Assembly: GCA_900769055.1 (NCBI GenBank)
Contig: CAAGFF010000140.1
Coordinates: 1 to 48,964, forward strand
Source of the DNA: an uncultured Prevotella sp.
Lineage (GTDB): Bacteria > Bacteroidota > Bacteroidia > Bacteroidales > Bacteroidaceae
DNA: 48,964 nt
Reading direction: 5' to 3'
Of this stretch, positions 1 to 10,186 are shown piece by piece. The position numbers were made by a program, and so were the translations under genes. The first letter of the stretch is position 1. Each line of letters starts with the position of its first letter. The notes under the pieces were generated by a model. It searched no databases, was not told the DNA's origin, and saw only the letters and a list, made by a program, of their open reading frames with translations.

Positions 1-50
1 TGGTTCAGGGCGTTACTCTCAACCATACAGATTGTATTTTTTCACATTAG

Positions 51-148
51 ACTTGTTTACTTGTATACTCGTCCGCTTGGCTCTGCCGCTTCGCTCGTCG
101 AAGAACTCGTCAACTTGTATACTCGTCAACTTGTAAACTTGTCAACTT
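51..148. repeat. Degenerate 8-bp tandem repeat (ACTYGTNN), Prevotella-type intergenic repeat
   Basis: acttgttt acttgtat actcgtcc ... actcgtca acttgtat actcgtca acttgtaa acttgtca; related units at 9005-9040. Confidence 0.8.
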
Positions 149-162
149 TAAAAAAAATTGCC

Positions 163-2661
163 ATGATAGAAATGTTAAGGGAAACCGGCTCCACGCAAAA
201 GATGGAGCCTATAATGTCTGATTTCACATTCCGAAATATCAATATTACCGTTGGCACTACCGACATGAAGACGATTCGCAAACCGCCATACGTCTTCCAG
301 CAAGATACTCTCGCAATTACAATAGACATTGACAACATCAGTTGCCAATGCGACCCAGACGGGCAGTCGTTCAGGATAGAGCTGTTCAGGCGGGGGCTTG
401 CTGAGCCTCTGTTCCAGACGGAGTACTCTCCATCCTTCGACGGCGACTATTTCCTGCAGACCATTGATGACATTGCCGACAAGCTGGTACCAGGCATCTA
501 TCGCTTGCAACTGACGAACATCACCCCAGAGACTCCCGATGTCAGGCTGTCCTCTGATGGATGCTCGTGCACTTATTCGTTCACGGTGCTGGCCAACGGC
601 GAGAAACTCAGCCATCCAGAAATAACCAATGTAACGGCAACCATAGCCGACAGCCGGGAGCTGGTGCTGAGCATGGACTGCAGGTGGAGTGGGGGACAGA
701 AGGAAGTCTTCGATGTCTATTGTCACAACAGCTCGCTAATGCTTGTGGCGCAAGGGTGCTGCATGCCGAGGAAGCAGGCTGCGGGGAGGAATGTCCGTAT
801 GGTGGTGACGGCTGCGCGACCATGGGCTGATGGCGCATACGCATGTATGGTAACACACAATGGCGAGCCCTTTGCAAGGGTAGACCTGACTGTGCGTGAT
901 GGCAAGGATGTCCGGGTGACAGGATGGGAAAGCGTCAGTCCCGGGAGTCACGACCACGTGATGGCAGGCAGGCTGATACAGGATGCTCATGACAGCAAGG
1001 TGTGGAAGGCACTAAGGGATATCGTTGGCTGCGGGCAGCTGAAGCGGCATGCCCTGGACTATTGCCGCCTGGCCATTCATAACGAGCTGAGAAGGACGCA
1101 CGAGGTTGCTGCCATCTGGCGTTGCGACCATCACGTAATAATTGGCGAGCCTGATGTGGCAACGAGAACCGCCATAGAGCGTTTTGCCAATATCTCCATG
1201 CCGGGAAAGATATTCGAGAGCGTTGACGCCTCTGAGCTTACCCGACCATCGAATATTGCTGACCCAATGGAGGAGGTCCGTGACAAGATGAGCGATACGG
1301 GCAAGGTGGTGTGCTTATATGGTGTCAGCTCGCTGCTGTGGGCAACAGGCCGCCAGGTGGGAGCGTACATAGAGGAGTGCATGGCCAACGGCAATTCTCC
1401 AACGATGTTCTTGCTCGGCAACAGGACGGAGATAGAGAAACTGCTGGAGCTGTTTCCCGTCATGGCTGGCAAGGTGCCGGCAGGAAACAAGGTGGAGATA
1501 GAGCCGCTGACAGTAGACGAGATTATGTACGGCATACAGCAGGAACTTGCCAGCCGTGAGCTGACGTTGTCTGCAGAGGCTGCCAAGGCCGTATTGTCGG
1601 GCTTGCGGAAGAGGGCTGAGGCAGGGCAGATGGGACGCAAGACCCCGGAGTTCTGCAAGCGCTTTGTCGACGAGTCGCTGATGGAGGGCTTCCAGAAGAG
1701 GATGATTACGTCCTGCTTCAAGGCCAGCGGCGACATACACCATGCGCTCACAACCATTGAGTCCTGCGACATCAACTGGACACCCATGGGATGCGGCAGC
1801 AATGTTGCCGACAGCTTGGAGGATATCAACGGGATGGTGGGGCTGCAGAACGTAAAGAAGACCATCAGGAACATTGCCATGAAAGCGATGTTCGACAATA
1901 GCAGAACCGGGGCAGGTGGCAAGCCTGCCGCCAATTGCCATCATCTGATATTCACTGGTAATCCAGGCACGGGCAAGACCACCGTGGCCAAGAAGCTCGG
2001 CAAGGTGTTCCATGCGCTGGGTATCCTCTCCAAGGGAAATGTCGTGGTGGCTGAGAGAAGTACCATCGTGGGACGCTACATCGGACAGACGGAGCAGAAC
2101 ATGCAGCACACGCTGGAGCAGGCGCGCGGCAACGTACTCTTCATCGACGAGGCGTATTCGCTCATAGACACTGCCGATGACCGGAAGGACTTCGGCTACA
2201 GGGCTATAGAATGCCTGCTTACCGTGCTCTCGGGCAAGAATCCTGACATGGTGGTCATAATGGCTGGGTATGCGAATGATATGGACAGGATGCTGGATGC
2301 CAATCCCGGACTGCGAGGCCGCTTTCCGCATCACCTGCACTTCGATGACTACAGCGTTGAGGAACTTATGGAAATTGGCACCAGCTATCTTGCTGCCAAC
2401 GGGCTTGCCATGACGCCTGCTGCTGCTGACATGATGCGCTCACTCGTAGAAGAACAGACTGCCAACAAGAGCCGTGATTTCAGTAATGCCCGCTGGATGG
2501 AACAGCTTGTTGACAGAGACATCATACCTGCCGTCTCCGAGCGTATCTTCTCAGCCACGGCTGATGGCATGAGTGGAAATCGGGAGGTGACGGAGGCCGA
2601 CATGAAGGTTGTGGCGGCTAAGTATGTCCGGAAAGAACCTAAGAGGAAAATTGGTTTTTGA
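163..2661 (+). CDS. AAA+ ATPase, SpoVK/CbbX-like, with long uncharacterised N-terminal region
   Basis: Walker A GNPGTGKT, Walker B VLFIDEAY, VGRYIGQT, NPGLRGRF, FSNAR and C-terminal RKIGF. The ORF-track TTG start at 61 lies in the octamer repeat; ATG at 163, 202 or 214 is more plausible (start uncertain). Confidence 0.85.
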   Translation: MIEMLRETGSTQKMEPIMSDFTFRNINITVGTTDMKTIRKPPYVFQQDTLAITIDIDNISCQCDPDGQSFRIELFRRGLAEPLFQTEYSPSFDGDYFLQTIDDIADKLVPGIYRLQLTNITPETPDVRLSSDGCSCTYSFTVLANGEKLSHPEITNVTATIADSRELVLSMDCRWSGGQKEVFDVYCHNSSLMLVAQGCCMPRKQAAGRNVRMVVTAARPWADGAYACMVTHNGEPFARVDLTVRDGKDVRVTGWESVSPGSHDHVMAGRLIQDAHDSKVWKALRDIVGCGQLKRHALDYCRLAIHNELRRTHEVAAIWRCDHHVIIGEPDVATRTAIERFANISMPGKIFESVDASELTRPSNIADPMEEVRDKMSDTGKVVCLYGVSSLLWATGRQVGAYIEECMANGNSPTMFLLGNRTEIEKLLELFPVMAGKVPAGNKVEIEPLTVDEIMYGIQQELASRELTLSAEAAKAVLSGLRKRAEAGQMGRKTPEFCKRFVDESLMEGFQKRMITSCFKASGDIHHALTTIESCDINWTPMGCGSNVADSLEDINGMVGLQNVKKTIRNIAMKAMFDNSRTGAGGKPAANCHHLIFTGNPGTGKTTVAKKLGKVFHALGILSKGNVVVAERSTIVGRYIGQTEQNMQHTLEQARGNVLFIDEAYSLIDTADDRKDFGYRAIECLLTVLSGKNPDMVVIMAGYANDMDRMLDANPGLRGRFPHHLHFDDYSVEELMEIGTSYLAANGLAMTPAAADMMRSLVEEQTANKSRDFSNARWMEQLVDRDIIPAVSERIFSATADGMSGNREVTEADMKVVAAKYVRKEPKRKIGF

Positions 2662-2777
2662 GGGGACCCTCCCCAACCCTCCCTTAAAGGGAGGGAGAAG
2701 TCAAAGGTCAAAGGACTAAGGTCAAAGGTCTGAGCCCCCCCCACCGGGGGGCAGGGGGGCTTGGCAGGGGGGCTTCT
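2662..2777. repeat. REP-like GC-rich palindromic element between convergent genes (possible bidirectional terminator)
   Basis: Hairpin CCCTCCCT-TAA-AGGGAGGG (2677-2695), then imperfect AAGGTCA heptamers, then CCCCCC-ACC-GGGGGG and G-runs. Confidence 0.6.
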
Positions 2778-2787
2778 GAGGCTTTGG

Positions 2788-4935
2788 CTATTCTGCCAGT
2801 CCTCTGTTTTTGAGCAGAGCGTCAATCTTTGGCTCGGCACCTCGGAAGTTGCGGTACATGGTCATGCCATCGTCTATACCGCCGGGGGTGAGAACGTATT
2901 TGCGGAAACGGGATGCAACTTCCTGGTTGAAGATGTCGCCTGTCTCCTTGAATGCCTCGAAACCATCAGCATCGAGAACCTCAGCCCAGAGGTAGCTGTA
3001 GTAGCCGGCTGTATATCCTCCGCCCATGGTATGCGAGAAGTTTGTTATGCGGTATCGGGGCTGTATCTGTCGTGGGATGCCCCTTTGCCTCAGTTTCTCC
3101 TCCTCGAACTTCATCACGTCAATGTCCTCTGGTACCTCCGTGAGCACATGGAGGTCCATGTCAGAGTATGCTGCTGCAAGATATTCAACGGTAGCAAATC
3201 CCTGTCCGTACTTGCTTGCGGCAAGGTATTTGTCGAGCAGTTCCTGTGGCAGCTTCTCGCCCGTGACATAATGCTTGGCGTACACGTCGAGTACCTGTGG
3301 CTCGAAAGCCCAATGCTCGTTTATCTGCGATGGCAGCTCCACGAAGTCGCGCTCTACCGAAGCCACGCTGTTGTAGTGGACATCGCGCAAAAAACTGTGC
3401 AGGGCGTGCCCGAACTCATGGAACATGGTCTGAACATTGTCGATGGTCTGCAGAGCAGGTTTCTCGGCACTTGGCGGAGTCATGCTGCATACGTTGACAA
3501 CAATTGGCTCAACCCTGCTGCCGTTGTCATATCTCTGTCCTCTGAACGATGTACACCATGCTCCAGCCCTCTTGCCGTCGCGAGGCATGTAGTCGCTGTA
3601 GAAGATGGCGAGAAGGGTGGAGTCGGCATCGTACACCTCCCATGCCTGTGCCGTGGGCTCATAGGCCGGAGCCTTGTCGGTGATTTCCCTGAACGACACG
3701 CCATAGAGCTTGTTGGCAACGTAGAACACTCCCTTTAGGACGTTGTTTATCTCAAGATATTCCGACAGCTTGCTCTCATCGAAGTTGAACTTAGCCTTGC
3801 GGGCACGCTCCATGTAGTAGCGGTAGTCCCAGCCTTCCGGCTCGCAGTCAAGCCCGTCTTTCCTCATTTCGGTGCGTATGTCGTCGAGTTCCTCGTTGGC
3901 CTTGGCAACGGCAGGTGTCCATACCTGGTCGAGCAGGGCGTAGACAGCCTCTGGGGTCTTTGCCATACGGGTGTCGAGGATTTGTGAGGCGCAGTTCCTG
4001 AAGCCCATGAGCTTTGCCCGTTCGAGGCGCAGCTTCACCAGTTTTGCGCAGATGGCCTTGCTGTCGTAGTCGTTGCCCTGATTGCCCCGGTTGCAATATG
4101 CCTGGTAAACCTTGCGTCTCAGTTCCCTGTTGCTGCAATATTGCAGGACGGGGTTGCACGATGCCCTCTGCATGTTGAACATCCACTTTCCCGGCTGTCC
4201 CTGGGCAGCAGCCATTGCCGCTGCGCGGTCGATGTCAGGCTGTGGCAGTCCCTGAAGGTCCTCAAGCCTGTCAACGGTGACGAAGGTGTTGTTGGTCTCA
4301 TGCAGCAGGTTTTGTGAGAACTGCACCTGCAAGTCGGAAATCTCCAGGTTCAGCTTGCGCAGTTTCTCCTTGTCCTCGGCTGATAGGTTGGCACCATTTC
4401 TCTCGAAGCGTTTGTATATGTTCTCCGTAACCTTCATCTCTTCCTTCGACAGCAATGTGGAGTCGGCATCGTCATACACGGCCTTCACCCTCTCGAAGAG
4501 CTTGTCGTTCATGTATATGTCATCGCTGTGGGCGGAGAGTATTGGTGACAGCTCCTTGTCGAGAGCCCTGAACTCAGGCGTGGAGTTGCTGCTTGACAGC
4601 GGCCAGAATGTTCCCGATGCACGGTTCAGACCCTCGCCGCTGCGGTCGAGGGCGGCAATAGTGTTTTGGAATGTGGGCTTTGCCTTGTTCCCGGCTATGG
4701 TTTCCACGTTTTTCTTCTGTTCCTCCACACCTTCGAGGATAGCCTCGCGGTAGTCATCGGCAGTCAGTTTGTCGAACGACTCGATGCCGTGGATGTTCTT
4801 GCTTTTCTCCAAGAGCGCGTTTACGTGCCCTGTCTCACCTGCTGTTGTCATGTTGCCTGCAGTCTCTTGTGTCTTGCAGCCTCCCATGGTCAGTGCTGTA
4901 GCCATGAGTGCCGCGATAGTAATCTTGCTGTTCAT
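2788..4935 (-). CDS. dcp: M3 family metallopeptidase (peptidyl-dipeptidase Dcp), lipoprotein
   Basis: TMFHEFGHALH zinc motif, RDFVELPSQ, GGYTAGYYSYLWAEVL, GKRAGAW; lipoprotein-type signal LTMGGC. Confidence 0.92.
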   Translation of the reverse strand: MNSKITIAALMATALTMGGCKTQETAGNMTTAGETGHVNALLEKSKNIHGIESFDKLTADDYREAILEGVEEQKKNVETIAGNKAKPTFQNTIAALDRSGEGLNRASGTFWPLSSSNSTPEFRALDKELSPILSAHSDDIYMNDKLFERVKAVYDDADSTLLSKEEMKVTENIYKRFERNGANLSAEDKEKLRKLNLEISDLQVQFSQNLLHETNNTFVTVDRLEDLQGLPQPDIDRAAAMAAAQGQPGKWMFNMQRASCNPVLQYCSNRELRRKVYQAYCNRGNQGNDYDSKAICAKLVKLRLERAKLMGFRNCASQILDTRMAKTPEAVYALLDQVWTPAVAKANEELDDIRTEMRKDGLDCEPEGWDYRYYMERARKAKFNFDESKLSEYLEINNVLKGVFYVANKLYGVSFREITDKAPAYEPTAQAWEVYDADSTLLAIFYSDYMPRDGKRAGAWCTSFRGQRYDNGSRVEPIVVNVCSMTPPSAEKPALQTIDNVQTMFHEFGHALHSFLRDVHYNSVASVERDFVELPSQINEHWAFEPQVLDVYAKHYVTGEKLPQELLDKYLAASKYGQGFATVEYLAAAYSDMDLHVLTEVPEDIDVMKFEEEKLRQRGIPRQIQPRYRITNFSHTMGGGYTAGYYSYLWAEVLDADGFEAFKETGDIFNQEVASRFRKYVLTPGGIDDGMTMYRNFRGAEPKIDALLKNRGLAE

Positions 4936-4954
4936 AAAAAATCTGTTTTGCTTG

Positions 4955-4986
4955 CAAATATAAACATTTCCATCAAATTACGCAAG
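4955..4986 (-). promoter_or_regulatory. Bacteroidetes sigma-A promoter for dcp
   Basis: Minus strand TATATTTG (-7, 4955-4962) with CTTG 20 nt upstream; about 20 nt before the ATG. Confidence 0.55.
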
Positions 4987-5059
4987 CAATAATCAAAGTT
5001 TCGTAAGTAGTGCCTTTGTGTGGCTGTTGCTGTCAATAAGCACAAAATCTGGTTTTTGT

Positions 5060-5090
5060 TTTGTTATTCCACTTGATTGCATTACCTTTG
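5060..5090 (+). promoter_or_regulatory. Bacteroidetes sigma-A promoter for the purL operon
   Basis: TTTG (5060-5063), 19 nt, TACCTTTG (5083-5090); matches consensus TTTG-N19-21-TAnnTTTG. Confidence 0.7.
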
Positions 5091-5200
5091 CAGTGGCAAA
5101 TGAGTTGTATGTATGTGCGTGTGTACGCACCTGTTATTCCTCTGCTGCCAGTGGTTATAGAGAATAATTAGTTTAGTTACCGAATAAAAAAGACTTTTTT

Positions 5201-8200
5201 ATGATTCTGTTCTTTAAGACTCCCCAGGAGAATGTTATTGCGGCTGAGATCAATCACCAGCCCAGCCAAGACGAGGTCAACGAGCTTTGCTGGCTCTTTG
5301 GCGACGCTGAGTGTTTGGACTCCGACACTCTCGGAGGCTATTTCGTAGGTCCACGACGTGAGATGATTACCCCGTGGAGTACCAATGCTGTTGAGATTAC
5401 CCAGAACATGGGACTTGCTGGCGTTACACGTATAGAGGAGTACTTCCCCGTTGGCTCAAAGGATGCCGACCACGACCCTATGCTCCAGCGCATGTACGAT
5501 GGTCTTGACCAGACGGTGTTCACTGTCAGCCATACTCCAGAGCCAATCAAGTTTGTAGACAATCTGGAGAAGTTCAATGAGGAAGAGGGACTTGCCCTGT
5601 CGCCTGAGGAGATGGAGTATCTCCACAACATGGAAAAGCAGAACGGACGTCCACTCACCGACTCCGAGATATTCGGCTTTGCCCAGATTAACTCCGAGCA
5701 TTGCCGTCACAAGATATTCGGTGGCACATTCATCATTGACGGTAAGGAGAAGGAAAGCTCCCTCTTTGCCCTCATCAAGAAGACCACCCAGCAGCATCCT
5801 GGAAAGATACTGTCAGCCTATAAGGACAATGTGGCTTTTGCGCAGGGTCCCGTCATAGAGCAGTTCGCTCCAGCCGACCAGTCTACTGCCGACTGGTTCA
5901 AGGTGAAGGACATAGAGAGTGTCATCTCGCTCAAGGCCGAGACACACAACTTCCCAACCACCGTAGAGCCTTTCAACGGTGCTGCTACCGGAACAGGCGG
6001 TGAGATACGCGACCGTATGGGCGGTGGCGTTGGCTCATGGCCTATAGCTGGTACGGCAGTATACATGACTGCCTATCCGCGTCTGACTGACGATAATGGC
6101 AATGCCGACAGCTCACGCGACTGGGAGGACATACTGCCCGTGAGGAAATGGCTCTATCAGAGTCCGGAACAGATACTTGTCAAAGCCTCGAATGGTGCCA
6201 GCGACTTCGGTAACAAGTTTGGTCAGCCTCTCATCACTGGTTCCCTCCTCACGTTTGAGCATCAGGAGAACAATGAGAAATACGCCTATGACAAGGTAAT
6301 CATGCTTGCAGGTGGCGTTGGCTATGGCACCAAGCGAGACTGCCTGAAGAAGGAGCCGCAGAAGGGCAACAAGGTTGTCGTCGTCGGTGGTGACAACTAC
6401 CGCATCGGTCTTGGCGGTGGCTCGGTATCATCCGTAGACACAGGACGCTACAGCAACGGCATAGAGCTTAATGCCGTGCAGCGTGCTAATCCAGAGATGC
6501 AGAAGCGCGCCTACAACCTCGTGAGAGCACTGGTGGAGGAGGACAACAATCCGGTAGTGAGCATTCACGACCATGGCTCGGCAGGCCACCTGAACTGTCT
6601 GTCGGAGCTGGTCGAGGAGTGTGGAGGCGCGATAGACATGTCGAAACTGCCAATCGGTGACAAGACCTTGAGCGCAAAGGAGATTATTGCCAACGAGTCG
6701 CAGGAGCGCATGGGACTTCTCATTGACGAGAAACACCTTGAGCATGTGCAGAAGATTGCAGAGCGTGAGCGTGCCCCGATGTATGTTGTCGGCGAGACAA
6801 CTGGCGATGCACACTTCAGCTTCGTGCAGTCTGACGGCAAGAAGCCTTTCGACCTTGATGTGGCCCAGATGTTTGGTCATTCTCCAAAGACCGTTATGGT
6901 TGACGAGACCGTAGAGAGAAAATATGAGGATGTAACTTACAGCCTCGACGAGATAGATGCCTATGCCGAGCGTATGCTCCAGCTGGAGGCCGTTGCCTGC
7001 AAGGACTGGCTCACCAACAAGGTAGACCGCTCCGTAACGGGCAAGGTGGCACGCCAGCAGTGCCAGGGACAGCTGCAGCTGCCGTTGAGCGACTGTGGTG
7101 TTGTGGCTCTCGACTACCGTGGACGCAAGGGTATCGCTACAGCTCTCGGTCATGCGCCACAGGCAGGACTCGCCAGCCCGGAGGCAGGCAGTGTGCTCTC
7201 TGTGGCAGAGTCGCTGACCAACATCGTATGGGCACCGATGGCAACTGACGCCAACAACCCGTCGCCAATTGAGAATATCAGTCTTTCGGCAAACTGGATG
7301 TGGCCTTGCCGCTCGCAGAAGGGTGAGGATGCACGTCTCTATGCTGCCGTCGAGGCGCTTAGCGACTTCTGCTGTGCCATTGGGGTGAACGTTCCTACAG
7401 GAAAAGACTCGCTCTCGTTGTCGCAGCAATATCCTGATGGTGAGAAGATTGTCTCTCCTGGTACAGTGATAGTATCGAGTGGCGGTGAGGTTGAGGACAT
7501 CAGGAAAGTGGTGTCGCCGGTAATCGTTAATGACAAGAATTCAAGCCTTTACCATATAGACTTCAGCTTCGACGAGCAGCGCCTTGGTGGTTCGGCATTT
7601 GCCCAGAGCCTCGGCAAAGTGGGCAGTGACGTACCTACAGTGAAGAATCCTGAGTATTTCGCCGACTGCTTCAATGCCATACAGGAACTTATTCGCCGTG
7701 GTTGGATAATGGCCGGACATGACATTTCGGCTGGTGGTTTGCTGACAACCCTGCTTGAGATGACATTCGCCAATACCAAGGGTGGTCTGAACATCAACCT
7801 TCACGACCTTGCTGGCGATGATGTCGTAAAGAACCTCATGGCTGAGAACCCAGGCGTTGTCATTCAGGTTTCTGACGAGCACAAGAATGATCTCAGGGAG
7901 TATCTTGAGGACAACGGCATCGGCTATGCCAAGATTGGCTATCCCGTTCCAGAGGGACGTACCCTGAAAGTTGTCAAGGGCGAGTGGAGCCATAGCTTCG
8001 ACATCGACGCACTTCGCGACAAGTGGTATAAGACCTCGTATCTCCTCGACCGCAAGCAGAGCATGAATGGCATGGCCAAGCAACGTGCCGAGAACTATAA
8101 GCACCAGCCAGTAGAGCTCTGCTACCCTGCTGCCTTCACGGGCAAGCTGGCCCAGTACGGCATCTCTGCTGACCGCAGGCAGCCCAGTGGCGTCAAGGCA

Positions 8201-8959
8201 GCGATAATAAGGGAAAAGGGTACCAACGGCGAGCGCGAGATGGCATATTCGCTCTATCTTGCTGGCTTCGACGTGAAGGACGTCATGATGACTGACCTCA
8301 TTAACGGTCGCGAGACCCTCGATGACATTAACATGATAGTCTTCTGTGGTGGTTTCTCCAACTCTGACGTTCTTGGCTCTGCCAAGGGATGGGCGGGAGC
8401 ATTCCTCTACAACCCCAAGGCTAAGGAGGCTCTCGACAAGTTCTATGCCCGTGAGGACACCTTGTCTCTGGGTATCTGTAATGGATGCCAGCTGATGGTA
8501 GAGCTTAATCTCATCAATCCCGAGCACGAGCACCGTGCACACCTGCTCCACAACCGCTCGCACAAGTTTGAGAGTGCATACCTCTCGTTGTCCATACCTC
8601 AGAACAACAGCGTGCTCTTCGGTTCGCTCAGCGGCAGTAAGCTCGGCCTGTGGGTAGCCCATGGCGAGGGCCGCTTCGAACTGCCTGAGGCAGAGGAGAA
8701 GTACAATGTGGTTGCAAAATACAACTACACCGGCTATCCCGGTAACCCCAATGGCTCAGACTATAACGTTGCGGGCATCTGCTCTGCCGACGGCCGTCAT
8801 CTGGCCATGATGCCACACCTTGAGCGCGCCATCTTCCCATGGCAGCTTGGATGGCAGGAGGCAGCACACCGTGACGACGAGGTGACTCCGTGGATAGAGG
8901 CCTTCGTCAATGCACGCAAGTGGATAGAGAAGAGATTAAAGTTGAAAGTTGAAAGTTGA
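5201..8959 (+). CDS. purL: Phosphoribosylformylglycinamidine synthase (large fused PurL with glutaminase domain)
   Basis: NSEHCRHKIF, KAETHNFPT, GAATGTGGEIRD, ESQERM, GGFSNSD, LGICNGCQ, VAHGEGR, MMPHLER. Confidence 0.98.
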   Translation: MILFFKTPQENVIAAEINHQPSQDEVNELCWLFGDAECLDSDTLGGYFVGPRREMITPWSTNAVEITQNMGLAGVTRIEEYFPVGSKDADHDPMLQRMYDGLDQTVFTVSHTPEPIKFVDNLEKFNEEEGLALSPEEMEYLHNMEKQNGRPLTDSEIFGFAQINSEHCRHKIFGGTFIIDGKEKESSLFALIKKTTQQHPGKILSAYKDNVAFAQGPVIEQFAPADQSTADWFKVKDIESVISLKAETHNFPTTVEPFNGAATGTGGEIRDRMGGGVGSWPIAGTAVYMTAYPRLTDDNGNADSSRDWEDILPVRKWLYQSPEQILVKASNGASDFGNKFGQPLITGSLLTFEHQENNEKYAYDKVIMLAGGVGYGTKRDCLKKEPQKGNKVVVVGGDNYRIGLGGGSVSSVDTGRYSNGIELNAVQRANPEMQKRAYNLVRALVEEDNNPVVSIHDHGSAGHLNCLSELVEECGGAIDMSKLPIGDKTLSAKEIIANESQERMGLLIDEKHLEHVQKIAERERAPMYVVGETTGDAHFSFVQSDGKKPFDLDVAQMFGHSPKTVMVDETVERKYEDVTYSLDEIDAYAERMLQLEAVACKDWLTNKVDRSVTGKVARQQCQGQLQLPLSDCGVVALDYRGRKGIATALGHAPQAGLASPEAGSVLSVAESLTNIVWAPMATDANNPSPIENISLSANWMWPCRSQKGEDARLYAAVEALSDFCCAIGVNVPTGKDSLSLSQQYPDGEKIVSPGTVIVSSGGEVEDIRKVVSPVIVNDKNSSLYHIDFSFDEQRLGGSAFAQSLGKVGSDVPTVKNPEYFADCFNAIQELIRRGWIMAGHDISAGGLLTTLLEMTFANTKGGLNINLHDLAGDDVVKNLMAENPGVVIQVSDEHKNDLREYLEDNGIGYAKIGYPVPEGRTLKVVKGEWSHSFDIDALRDKWYKTSYLLDRKQSMNGMAKQRAENYKHQPVELCYPAAFTGKLAQYGISADRRQPSGVKAAIIREKGTNGEREMAYSLYLAGFDVKDVMMTDLINGRETLDDINMIVFCGGFSNSDVLGSAKGWAGAFLYNPKAKEALDKFYAREDTLSLGICNGCQLMVELNLINPEHEHRAHLLHNRSHKFESAYLSLSIPQNNSVLFGSLSGSKLGLWVAHGEGRFELPEAEEKYNVVAKYNYTGYPGNPNGSDYNVAGICSADGRHLAMMPHLERAIFPWQLGWQEAAHRDDEVTPWIEAFVNARKWIEKRLKLKVES

Positions 8960-8989
8960 AAGTTGAAAGTTGAAAGTTGAATTTTCAAC
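8941..8989. repeat. Heptamer tandem repeat (GTTGAAA)x5 + GTTGAAT + one inverted copy, overlapping the purL stop
   Basis: Read directly; encodes the last PurL residues (LKVES*). Confidence 0.9.
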
Positions 8990-9051
8990 CAAAAAAGGCA
9001 TCAGCTTGACAGTTCGTTAATTTGTCAACTCGTCAACTCTATAAAAACACA

Positions 9052-9600
9052 ATGGACAACATCTATTTGACACTGTTCAAAACCTTCTTTAAGATTGGCG
9101 CATTCACCCTTGGGGGTGGATACGCCATGATTCCTATTATAGAAGAGGAGGTGGTAAACAAGCACAAGTGGGCCACCCGCGAGGAGATGCTCGACCTGAT
9201 AGCAGTGGCACAGAGCTGCCCCGGAGTCTTCGCCATCAACATCAGTACCTTTATAGGCTACAAGCTCCGCAGGAAGCGCGGAGCGTTGTGTACTACTCTC
9301 GGCACGGCTCTGCCCTCGTTCCTCATCATCCTCGTCATAGCTCTTTTCTTCCACCGCTTCATGGATGTTCCATGGATAGCAGCGATGTTCCGTGGCATAC
9401 GCCCGGCAGTTGTTGCCCTAATTGCCGCCCCAACCTTCAATCTGGCCAAGAGCGCGCATATAGGTTTGTACAACTGCTGGATTCCCATCATTACGGCACT
9501 GCTCATCTATGCCCTTGGCGTAAACCCCATATACGTTATTATTGCGGCTGGAGTGGCGGGATATCTCTATGGACAATTTATAAAACCGACAGAGCAGTAA
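9052..9600 (+). CDS. chrA: Short-chain chromate transporter (CHR family), subunit 1
   Basis: FKIGAFTLGGGYAMIP, AQSCPG, GIRPAVVALI; ATG at 9052 preferred over TTG at 9022. Confidence 0.9.
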   Translation: MDNIYLTLFKTFFKIGAFTLGGGYAMIPIIEEEVVNKHKWATREEMLDLIAVAQSCPGVFAINISTFIGYKLRRKRGALCTTLGTALPSFLIILVIALFFHRFMDVPWIAAMFRGIRPAVVALIAAPTFNLAKSAHIGLYNCWIPIITALLIYALGVNPIYVIIAAGVAGYLYGQFIKPTEQ

Positions 9601-9610
9601 CAGAATATAT

Positions 9611-10186
9611 ATGATATTCCTCGAACTCTTCTACACCTTCTTCGTCATCGGCCTCTTCGGCTTCGGAGGCGGCTATGGTATGCTGTCGCTCATTCAGACG
9701 CAGACTGTAACCATACACCAGTGGCTTACAACGGCTGAGTTTACCAATATAGTGGCCATATCGCAGATGACCCCGGGCCCCATAGGCATCAATTCGGCAA
9801 CATATTGCGGGTATGCCGCAGTACATAATGCCGGCTATGGCGGGACCTTGGCTGTTCTTGGTTCTGCTACAGCCACCTTCGCACTGGTGTTGCCCTCGTT
9901 CGTGCTTATGGTTCTCATCAGCAAGATGTTCATGCGCTATATGAACACACCTGCCGTGCAGAGCATATTTCTTGGGCTGCGCCCAACCGTGGTGGGATTG
10001 CTTGCCGCTGCTGCCTTGCTGCTCATGAACCGTGAGAACTTCGGTTCCATGGATGATAATTCCTGGCAGTTTTTCATCAGCATCGGCCTGTTCATAGCTA
10101 CCTTCGTGGGTACATATTATATAAAGATAAACCCTATAAAAATGATTTGCTATGCTGCGTTTGCTGGTCTTGTTCTGCTTTATTGA
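9611..10186 (+). CDS. chrA: Short-chain chromate transporter (CHR family), subunit 2
   Basis: IGLFGFGGGYGM, SQMTPGPIGINSATY, GLRPTVVGL; tandem pair typical of short-chain CHR. Confidence 0.9.
   Translation: MIFLELFYTFFVIGLFGFGGGYGMLSLIQTQTVTIHQWLTTAEFTNIVAISQMTPGPIGINSATYCGYAAVHNAGYGGTLAVLGSATATFALVLPSFVLMVLISKMFMRYMNTPAVQSIFLGLRPTVVGLLAAAALLLMNRENFGSMDDNSWQFFISIGLFIATFVGTYYIKINPIKMICYAAFAGLVLLY

Noticed and set aside
6428..8662. Long antisense ORFs (333 and 373 aa) opposite purL, and similar ones opposite the AAA ATPase and dcp
   Set aside because: Codon-bias shadows of real genes on the other strand; no motifs.
8941..8982. CRISPR repeat (GTTGAAA resembles repeat termini)
   Set aside because: Pure tandem heptamer with no spacers.
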